Below the pieces are notes generated by a model, which saw nothing but the letters and a program-made list of their open reading frames with translations, was not told the origin of the DNA and made no database searches. Below, piece by piece: positions 1 to 6,197 of a DNA stretch of 28,425 nt. This DNA comes from a virus. Taxonomy: Duplodnaviria > Caudoviricetes. The stretch is from positions 1-28,425 of the IMG/VR virus record IMGVR_UViG_3300020161_003587, one strand, 5' to 3'. Numbering within the stretch: position 1 is the first letter of the stretch; every line of letters begins with the position of its first letter. The translations under genes were made by a program, and so were the position numbers.

Positions 1-98
1 CCTCTCTCGTCATGATCTTGGTCTCCGTCGGCGTTCATCGCCGACTCACCATGCACCGCCAAAGGCCGCGCCGTCTGTGGGCTGGTTTTGATGCTTAC
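1..98 (-). mobile_element. Probable left end of an IS66-family insertion sequence, with start of tnpA at 13
   Basis: Minus strand from 98 reads GTAAGCATCAAAACCAGCCCAC, resembling IS66 GTAAGC termini. GGAG-N9-ATG (MTRE...) begins 85 bp inside. The integrase-like ORF loses coherence at this point. Confidence 0.45.
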
Positions 99-444
99 GG
101 CGAACCAGCTCCTGCTGCATGATGTTCATCGCTGCCCGCAGACCAGCGATCTGAGTGCGGTCCGACTCGGAATAAGGTTTCCCAGTAGGCTTTACCGGCT
201 TCTCTTCGCCAAACCACAGCCGATATCCAGAGGCAGAGGTAGCCGCGAGCACCTGCGGGTCGCCCTTCTCGGGATTGATCCGGCTCAAGTTTTCCAATTC
301 CATGCATAAAATTAGCGCCAAGTTTTTGTCGCTAGTGCCCAGCGAACGCTGTATCCGCTTCCCTGTTGAAGGATCTTGCCAGGTCGCACAAAAAACCTGC
401 CGGTTGGCAGGTTGGTAGGGGGTGATGGATTGTGCCTCGGCCAC
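46..444 (-). pseudogene. Integrase-like N-terminal (arm-binding) fragment, truncated near 99
   Basis: TWQDPSTGKRIQRSLGTSDKNLA resembles tyrosine-integrase N-termini. It is the last gene of the repressor operon. No catalytic domain is present, and the last ~17 codons read into the IS-like sequence. Confidence 0.55.
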
Positions 445-454
445 TAGATGATTC

Positions 455-1357
455 TTAGGTGGAGCGAATGAAGTTTATATTTTCTCTATTAAATATATCA
501 GTTATTTTTATTGAAATATCATCAAGAAATAAAGGCCCTAAAACCTTAGCTTCAATCTCAAATGCACCTGTAAACAGACTCATGTTTGATACTAGTATAA
601 CCTCACTAATCTTTGATATTTTATTACACAATTCTCTTACTTTTTCTCTTTCTGTTTCAAATATTACATACTTCAAATAAAATCCTTTATTGGGGTCATC
701 TTGATATTTTTTCAAATTGTTAAATTGACTGTTTTTTAAGTCCTCAACTGATTTTGTAAGGACCCTAAGATTTTCAATAATATACTCCGCTTGCGGTAGT
801 TCCTTTGACTCTATTTTTGCTGCGGTAAATTCCCCGAAATGTTTCAGATAAGGAGAGTAATTCGCTTCAGTTATCGACTTCTCATAACTAGCCTTAATCT
901 TTTCCGCCAGTTTTTTCTTAAAGTCAATTATTTGATGAAACCTAAGCTCTCTCGGATAATTTAAGTGCTCAATGCAGCTTGTGTCAAATGAATAGGATGT
1001 CTTATCATCTTTTATTAAAATAACAGCCTTATCAAAAGCAAGCCTCATACCAAGCTCAAACATGACATTAGGATTCTTTCCACTTACATCACAAACGACT
1101 ACAGGATCTTTATAAAGGTTGTTAACAATTCTAGATTGGATTGTTCCGATGTCTTCCGAGTCACTAACTAGGCGAGGATTAAACCCCGCATCTCTTACAG
1201 CCTCTTCAATAATTTTTTTCACCTCTGACCAGTGACCTTCACTGCAGCCATCAATAGCTGCAATCGGCATGACTATGCCACAAGTCAATTCTTTGGCTTC
1301 AGTTGCTTCTTTGGGATCTACTACTTTCTCAGTCTTTGGAATGCTTTTTGAACTCAT
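455..1357 (-). CDS. Nucleoside 2-deoxyribosyltransferase-like (NDT/TIR-like fold) protein, AT-rich cargo
   Basis: Motifs CGIVMPI, VVVCDVSGKNPNVMFELGMRLAFDKAVILIKD and SFDTSCIEHLNY. GAGG RBS upstream. Strongly AT-rich relative to the phage core. Confidence 0.7.
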   Translation of the reverse strand: MSSKSIPKTEKVVDPKEATEAKELTCGIVMPIAAIDGCSEGHWSEVKKIIEEAVRDAGFNPRLVSDSEDIGTIQSRIVNNLYKDPVVVCDVSGKNPNVMFELGMRLAFDKAVILIKDDKTSYSFDTSCIEHLNYPRELRFHQIIDFKKKLAEKIKASYEKSITEANYSPYLKHFGEFTAAKIESKELPQAEYIIENLRVLTKSVEDLKNSQFNNLKKYQDDPNKGFYLKYVIFETEREKVRELCNKISKISEVILVSNMSLFTGAFEIEAKVLGPLFLDDISIKITDIFNRENINFIRST

Positions 1358-1378
1358 CTTTTTTCCCTCGATTATTTA

Positions 1379-1464
1379 TTAAGTCTTGGCCATCATTTTT
1401 CTATAAAACCTCAGTTTCCCCAGCGTCCCCCGGATATCCGCGAGCGCCTCATGCGCCTTCTCAG
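1379..1464 (-). pseudogene. Orphan duplicate 3' end of the oligoribonuclease gene (EKAHEALADIRGTLGKLRFYRKMMAKT*)
   Basis: 1402-1464 matches 2137-2199 at 60/63 nt and continues in frame to its own TAA at 1379-1381. Confidence 0.85.
1402..1464. repeat. 63-bp direct repeat, copy 1
   Basis: tataaaacctcagtttccccagcgtcccccggatatccgcgagcgcctcatgcgccttctcag. Confidence 0.95.
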
Positions 1465-1527
1465 CCTGCGTCTGCAGATGGCAATCAGTGACGAAGGCCC
1501 CGTACCGTCCTGCTTGGAGTAATGGCT

Positions 1528-2091
1528 TCATTCTTCGTTATACTTTTCGAGAATATGGTTAACGTAATTCATATTCCCTTCGCTAATTCTTTTAACGTGT
1601 AACAAATCGCGCATTTTTTGACTTGAAAATGCCGTGTATCCACATATCTTTTTCCCGTAATGTTCTGGGATTATTCCTTGTTTTTTAAAATTTTCATAAT
1701 TTGAAATATAGCCGCTTATAATTTGGTTCAATTCCTCTTTGTCTTTAATTCCTTCGCAGGCCCAGTCAATTTTTGTACACTCATAAAATTTGAGAAGTTG
1801 TTTCTGATGCTCTGATGGCATCGTTATAATTGTTGACTCATTGAGAATAAGCACTTGGCATGGCCAGTATATGCCTTCATTTTTCTGCATGGTTTCAAAA
1901 CTTCCATTGGCCCATGCGATGACATAGGGATGAGCCATCTCAATCAGTTTTTCCCTGGAATAATCAACTCCAGGATTTGAACCGGATTTAATCAAAGCTC
2001 GCTCTATGTTTGCAGCGAACATAACGACAATATCTTCTAGGGAGGTTGCTTTCATGGAGTCAAGAACCTCAATCAGCGGGGCACTTTTCAT
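1528..2091 (-). CDS. Hypothetical protein (187 aa), AT-rich cargo between the direct repeats
   Basis: Clean ORF in an AT-rich island starting 17 bp after the orn stop. No family recognised. Confidence 0.75.
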   Translation of the reverse strand: MKSAPLIEVLDSMKATSLEDIVVMFAANIERALIKSGSNPGVDYSREKLIEMAHPYVIAWANGSFETMQKNEGIYWPCQVLILNESTIITMPSEHQKQLLKFYECTKIDWACEGIKDKEELNQIISGYISNYENFKKQGIIPEHYGKKICGYTAFSSQKMRDLLHVKRISEGNMNYVNHILEKYNEE

Positions 2092-2107
2092 TGGACTAGC
2101 CTTTTTT

Positions 2108-2641
2108 TCATCGTTGTGACTCTATTATCAGCGTTTTATAAAACCTCAGCTCCCCCAGCGTGCCCCGGATATCCGCGAGCGCCTCATGCGCCTTCTCAGG
2201 CGGCGTCCAAACCGGGAGGTCCGGCCGCCACATCTTCAGCGTCTGGCGTAGCACGGCTGCGTCCAGGTGACCGCCATGGTGGAAGAGCTCGTCAAATGCG
2301 GGCATTTGCGCCCGCATGAAGGCGCGGTCGAAGTGGAAATTGGATCCACCGAGCTGCGGGCGTTTGTCACCCTCGCCGCGGTGCGCCAGGATGAATGCGC
2401 TGAGCTGTTTCTCGGCTTCCGCCAAGCTGATCCCGTTATCCTTGCAGCGCTGCAGCAGGCCGCTTTTGCCGTGAACCTTGACGCTCCAAGGATCCCAAGT
2501 GCTCACGTCGCCGGCTTCGAGAGTCACGACCAGGTGCGCCACTTCCTCGAGCTCCTCTGTCACGGCCAGCACCGCCACCTCGAGAATCAGGTCAAGGTGA
2601 GCTCGCAGCCCAGAGGTCTCGATGTCGATCAGGAAAATCAT
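2108..2641 (-). CDS. orn: Oligoribonuclease-like DEDDh 3'-5' exonuclease
   Basis: ExoI IDIETSG, W..KVHGKSGLL, ExoII GSNFHFDRAFM, ExoIII HEALADIRGTLGELRFY. ATGA overlap with the repressor stop. Confidence 0.85.
   Translation of the reverse strand: MIFLIDIETSGLRAHLDLILEVAVLAVTEELEEVAHLVVTLEAGDVSTWDPWSVKVHGKSGLLQRCKDNGISLAEAEKQLSAFILAHRGEGDKRPQLGGSNFHFDRAFMRAQMPAFDELFHHGGHLDAAVLRQTLKMWRPDLPVWTPPEKAHEALADIRGTLGELRFYKTLIIESQR
2137..2199. repeat. 63-bp direct repeat, copy 2 (within orn 3' end)
   Basis: tataaaacctcagctcccccagcgtgccccggatatccgcgagcgcctcatgcgccttctcag. Confidence 0.95.
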
Positions 2642-3540
2642 TCAGTGGCCTCAGAATCCGCCACGCCAAGCACGCGGGCGTAGATCGCCAGCGTGTCGGT
2701 CTTCTTCAGCAGCCTCGGGAACCCCGGCGCGCTCTCATTGTCGGCGAAAATCCACAGGCCCCATTTCTCGTCATTGCCGCGGTAGACCAGGCGCTTGCAG
2801 GTGACCGAGTGGCCTTCGTCGAGAGAGATCAGGGCCATCTGGCCAGAGGGGATTTCAGCCCGGATAACGGTCATCGGCACGCCTTGGCCGGGGCCGAGCA
2901 GGAGAGGTGATGCCAAAGGCCGGCAGACGACGAGATCGCCGTCTTGAATCGAGGGCTCCATCGAGTCCCCTGTGATGCGCACCAGTCCGATGCTGTTATC
3001 CCGTTCCCAGCCGCGAATTCGAACCTCGAGCGGCTCCCCTGCTTCCATGAAGCCGCCGGCACCAGCCGCGGCGCTCTCCCAGTAGGGCGTTTGGGCGCCG
3101 CTGACTTGAAGCTGCGGGAAGCGAAGTGCTTCGGGCTCGGGACGCGGGGGCGGCTCCGTCTTGCGGGATTGAGTCGCCTCGGCAACAAGCTCCGGTTTTC
3201 CTGGTGCGGCTGCGGGCTTATTGAGCCAAGTGTTGATCAACTGAGTGAGCAAGGGCAGAACGCTGGCGTTGCTGTCTTCCAGCTCACAGAGACGGGCGTA
3301 CAAGGGGCGCAAGCTGGGCCGAATCTCGGCGGGGGAGGCTTTCTCTGTGGAAGCTTGTGGCTTTTGCCTGATCGTAGAAAGTACGAGGTCTCGTTGACTG
3401 GGGCGCACTCCCTCGCCGTTGAGCCAATTTCTAATTGACCCTTCCCTGACCTTAAATAATTCAGCCGCAGCAACATTGGAGAGGCCCTTGGCCTTTATCC
3501 AGTTGCGAAGCTCTTGCTGTTCCTGTTCTGTGAAGTTCAT
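2638..3540 (-). CDS. CI-like phage repressor (HTH plus S24 peptidase)
   Basis: N-terminal HTH (GLSNVAAAELFKVREGSIRNWLNG), Ala-Gly cleavage site SAAAGAG, catalytic GDSM and TCKRL. Divergent from the early operon. Confidence 0.9.
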   Translation of the reverse strand: MNFTEQEQQELRNWIKAKGLSNVAAAELFKVREGSIRNWLNGEGVRPSQRDLVLSTIRQKPQASTEKASPAEIRPSLRPLYARLCELEDSNASVLPLLTQLINTWLNKPAAAPGKPELVAEATQSRKTEPPPRPEPEALRFPQLQVSGAQTPYWESAAAGAGGFMEAGEPLEVRIRGWERDNSIGLVRITGDSMEPSIQDGDLVVCRPLASPLLLGPGQGVPMTVIRAEIPSGQMALISLDEGHSVTCKRLVYRGNDEKWGLWIFADNESAPGFPRLLKKTDTLAIYARVLGVADSEATE

Positions 3541-3595
3541 GCTTCAAGCTTAATGCTTGGGCAAAAAAAGGGAAGAAAAAAGGTTTGAAATGGGC

Positions 3596-3624
3596 TTGAA
3601 GTTCGCAGAATTGCGAGGTAATAT
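3596..3624 (+). promoter_or_regulatory. Rightward early (lytic) sigma70 promoter
   Basis: TTGAAG (3596-3601), 17 nt spacer, TAATAT (3619-3624), upstream of the cro-position ORF. Confidence 0.65.
3603..3616. promoter_or_regulatory. Operator 1 (TCGCA-gaat-TGCGA)
   Basis: Palindrome lying inside the -35/-10 spacer. Confidence 0.7.
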
Positions 3625-3630
3625 GGGGTA

Positions 3631-3648
3631 TCTCGCAGTTCTGCGAGA
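3631..3648. promoter_or_regulatory. Operator 2 (tcTCGCA-gttc-TGCGAga)
   Basis: Same palindrome 30 bp downstream, over the expected transcription start. Confidence 0.7.
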
Positions 3649-3668
3649 GAGTAACGGAGCCCCAAAAA

Positions 3669-3848
3669 ATGAGTGACAAGACCAGGCTTTACGCCTCAGT
3701 CGACAAGGTCGGCGAGGTGATGGCCTTCGCCAAAGAGAACGGACTGAAGCAGCAAGCGGCCAGCGATCGAGTGATCGCCGCCGGGCTGAAAGTCCTGAGA
3801 AAGAAACCCAAAACCAGGAGGTCGCCGCAATGGACGCCGATCGAATGA
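3669..3848 (+). CDS. Cro-position small DNA-binding protein, ribbon-helix-helix-like (59 aa; not in ORF track)
   Basis: MSDKTRLYASVDKVGEVMAFAKENGLKQQAASDRVIAAGLKVLRKK... has a strand-helix-G-helix pattern. GGAG RBS upstream. First gene after the operators. Confidence 0.6.
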   Translation: MSDKTRLYASVDKVGEVMAFAKENGLKQQAASDRVIAAGLKVLRKKPKTRRSPQWTPIE

Positions 3849-3967
3849 TCCGCAAGGACCGCAGCCAGGCCGTGCAAATGGTCCGCAAGGATTCCGGCAA
3901 AGCCCCGGAGCAAATGGTCCGGAAGCCGGCCAAGCCGGAGCCACGGCAAAACCCTAAACCTGCTTGA
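3830..3967 (+). CDS. 45-aa basic peptide with three M(I/V)RK repeats (not in ORF track)
   Basis: AGGAGG RBS upstream. MDADRMIRKDRSQAVQMVRKDSGKAPEQMVRKPAKPEPRQNPKPA*. Confidence 0.5.
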   Translation: MDADRMIRKDRSQAVQMVRKDSGKAPEQMVRKPAKPEPRQNPKPA

Positions 3968-4025
3968 TCCATTCCTTCCTCCCTGTTGCCGACAATCAAC
4001 ACTCTCCGGCCTTTTCTGGCGGATG

Positions 4026-4072
4026 AGCCTCAGCAGGGGGTACATCGCCGAGCTCCACTGAGCAGGCTTTTT
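4026..4072 (+). terminator. Possible early (tR1-like) terminator/attenuator
   Basis: Imperfect stem agcct/ctcag ... ctgag/aggct followed by a T run, just before cII. Confidence 0.35.
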
Positions 4073-4112
4073 GAACAGCTTACACCCCATCTCAATGAAC
4101 CAGGAGACACGC

Positions 4113-4586
4113 ATGGAATCTCAAAACACCCGCACCCGCAAAGTCATGAAACGCGCTTGCCGCGGCGAAGGCACCGCCGTCATCGCCGCAGCCATCGGCA
4201 TGCATCCCGGCACCATCAGCAACCAGATCAGCGGCACCTTGCCTTATGAGCCCCTCGGCAAGACGCCGAACCTGATCGACTCCGCCATCAACTTCATGCA
4301 CGCCACCAAGAACGACGAGCTGCTCAGCTACGTCGCCGGCCACTTCGGTTTCATCCTGGTGCACAATCCCGCCCTCAGCCCCGCCGCATCGGCCCGCGAA
4401 CCCTTCACCAAGCTCACTCGCGAATTCCTTCACATGCTGGAAGAGACCAACGAATCCCTCAGCGATGGCAAGATCACCGGCGCCGAAGCCGAGAACATCC
4501 GGCACTACTGGGAAATCCTGAAGCGCACCGGCGAAGAGTTCGTCCTGGCTGCCGAGCGCGGCGCTTACTGCCCGGTCAAGGCCTGA
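4113..4586 (+). CDS. Phage regulatory CII-like protein (186/P2-type)
   Basis: HTH-like AVIAAAIGMHPGTISNQI, then LLSYVAGHFGFILV and C-terminal SLSDGKITGAEAENI typical of CII family. AGGAG RBS upstream. Confidence 0.7.
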   Translation: MESQNTRTRKVMKRACRGEGTAVIAAAIGMHPGTISNQISGTLPYEPLGKTPNLIDSAINFMHATKNDELLSYVAGHFGFILVHNPALSPAASAREPFTKLTREFLHMLEETNESLSDGKITGAEAENIRHYWEILKRTGEEFVLAAERGAYCPVKA

Positions 4587-4589
4587 TCC

Positions 4590-4790
4590 ATGAAAGACCC
4601 GATCGCCATCCGTGGCCATCTCCTGGTCTGCAAAGGCTGCGACTGCGAGGTCGAGCTGAAGAACCTCCCCATCGATCCCTTCCAGCGCTGCTGGGAAATC
4701 CTCCGCCACGCCCGCGACTTCGCGGTTTTCCATCATCACCCAGAGCTCAAAAAGAACGCCCCGGCTGTTACGACCAGCCGAGGCGCATGA
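4590..4790 (+). CDS. Hypothetical early protein (CxxC)
   Basis: Tightly coupled ORF with phage-core codon usage. Confidence 0.6.
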   Translation: MKDPIAIRGHLLVCKGCDCEVELKNLPIDPFQRCWEILRHARDFAVFHHHPELKKNAPAVTTSRGA

Positions 4791-5146
4791 ACTCAAGGTC
4801 TGACCCGATGAGCGACGCAAGTTTACCACCCCCTCACAAATCTGCCAAGGCCCATGAGAAGTGGTGGCAGCGGGAAAGCGCCGAAGAGGCCATCCTGCGC
4901 CACCGCGCCAAGGTGAAATCCATCCTGGAAGAAGCCATCAAAAACGGCACTGCCACCGACAGCCTCTGCCAGCACTGCCAGGAATTCATGGAGCGCAGCG
5001 AGCTCTGGCTCAAAATGGCCCGCGAGAAGGCCGCCACTGCCACCTTCACGTTCCTCATGTTTTTCATCATCGCCCTCACCCCCTTTGGCATCGCCGAAAC
5101 CATCCGCCTCTTCAACCAATTTCTTGACACCGGAGTCCTGCCATGA
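4787..5146 (+). CDS. Hypothetical protein with C-terminal hydrophobic helix
   Basis: ATGA overlaps on both sides. TFTFLMFFIIALTPFGIA segment. Confidence 0.65.
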   Translation: MNSRSDPMSDASLPPPHKSAKAHEKWWQRESAEEAILRHRAKVKSILEEAIKNGTATDSLCQHCQEFMERSELWLKMAREKAATATFTFLMFFIIALTPFGIAETIRLFNQFLDTGVLP

Positions 5147-5415
5147 ATTGCACCTGCATCCCTGATCTCGAAGCCCAGCTCAAGGCTGACGTCGCAAAGG
5201 GAAAAATCCTCGCTCTCAAGGGCGCCAAGCTTATCGACGTCAAATGCGAAAATACAGACTTCAAGATGAGCCCATTCCCTGCGGGGAAAGGTGGAGCAAT
5301 GCTGATGGAGAAGATCTTCATCACCTTCTCGGTTATTTGGAGTCGGGGAGAGCCATATCCAGTCCAGATGGCTGCCCGGTTCTGCCCGTTCTGTGGCAAG
5401 CCGACGGAGGGCTGA
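5143..5415 (+). CDS. Hypothetical Zn-binding phage protein
   Basis: N-terminal CTC and C-terminal FCPFCGKP. ATGA overlap. Confidence 0.7.
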   Translation: MNCTCIPDLEAQLKADVAKGKILALKGAKLIDVKCENTDFKMSPFPAGKGGAMLMEKIFITFSVIWSRGEPYPVQMAARFCPFCGKPTEG

Positions 5416-5418
5416 GCC

Positions 5419-5670
5419 ATGGGCACAACTTCGGGCAAGGACCCCCAGCTTATTTGCTGGCAGATTGAAAACATCCACCGCGAGGACCCCCTCTTTGTCC
5501 TTGGGCATGAAATCGAAGAGACCCCCCACTACTTCCGGATCACTCGTTATGGGCATGAAGTGAGCTGCCACCCCTATGCCACGATCATCCAGATTAAGAA
5601 ACTGCATCCTCGCGACCTAGAGCTTCTCAAGTCTGAGGGGGTGATCCATGATCTATGGCCTCAATGCTGA
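5419..5670 (+). CDS. Hypothetical protein
   Basis: GGAGG RBS upstream. Operon-coupled. Confidence 0.55.
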   Translation: MGTTSGKDPQLICWQIENIHREDPLFVLGHEIEETPHYFRITRYGHEVSCHPYATIIQIKKLHPRDLELLKSEGVIHDLWPQC

Positions 5671-6094
5671 GAGAGCTGCAGCGCTGGGTGTCGTGCACCA
5701 TCAGCGTCGAGGCGAGAAAACTCAGAGAGTTTTTCTTCCTGGGCAAAAACAGCTCATAGGACTTCATGACTTCACCTTCAAGAACTCCAGCAACAAGAAT
5801 GGGTTTGTAGAAATTTTCCTTCTTGCCACTGGCATGGGTGAAAACCACATCGCCAAGCACGGGGTACAGCGATCGAGACCAATTCGGCAGCGTTGCATCG
5901 AAGGTGCCCGCCCCGAGTTTTCGCAAAGCTCCGTCCTTAGCGACGACGACCCACTTCAGGGCTGTGAGAGATCGACGTTCCCACTCGCTACGAGGCCTTT
6001 CGAGCTCCTCACGCTGTTTTCTTTCTGCTGCCATTCTTTGCTCCATTTCCTCTTCGGTTTCTGGCTCGTCCTCAAACATCTCTTCGTCATTCAT
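5627..6094 (-). CDS. Hypothetical moron protein, antisense to the early operon
   Basis: AAGGAGG RBS before ATG at 6094 (MNDEEMFEDE...). Extended -10-like TGCTATCTT upstream. Lower GC than its flanks. Confidence 0.65.
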   Translation of the reverse strand: MNDEEMFEDEPETEEEMEQRMAAERKQREELERPRSEWERRSLTALKWVVVAKDGALRKLGAGTFDATLPNWSRSLYPVLGDVVFTHASGKKENFYKPILVAGVLEGEVMKSYELFLPRKKNSLSFLASTLMVHDTQRCSSLSIEAIDHGSPPQT

Positions 6095-6197
6095 CACTTG
6101 CCTCCTTGGTCTTGCAGATATCGGCCCATTGAACGGGTTACAAGATAGCACCAAGAGCTTCACTCTTTCCAATTTTTTGTTTTGTAGGACCCAATCT

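Noticed and set aside
1402-2199. 63-bp repeats as the prophage attL/attR
   Set aside because: They are only 735 bp apart and internal to the lysogeny operon, so they bound a cargo gene and not the prophage.
3844-3930. Three short repeats at 33-36 bp spacing considered as a mini-CRISPR
   Set aside because: The repeats are only ~13 bp, degenerate and non-palindromic, and lie in frame within an RBS-led ORF.
3550-4829. Minus-strand ORFs 3550-4002, 3689-4114 and 4092-4829
   Set aside because: They overlap the operators and the better supported plus-strand cro-like and cII genes.
5823-6197. N-terminal 125-aa extension of the primase in the ORF track
   Set aside because: It is the antisense shadow of the 5627-6094 gene. 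The Zn-finger domain and RBS point to a start at 6198 or 6216.
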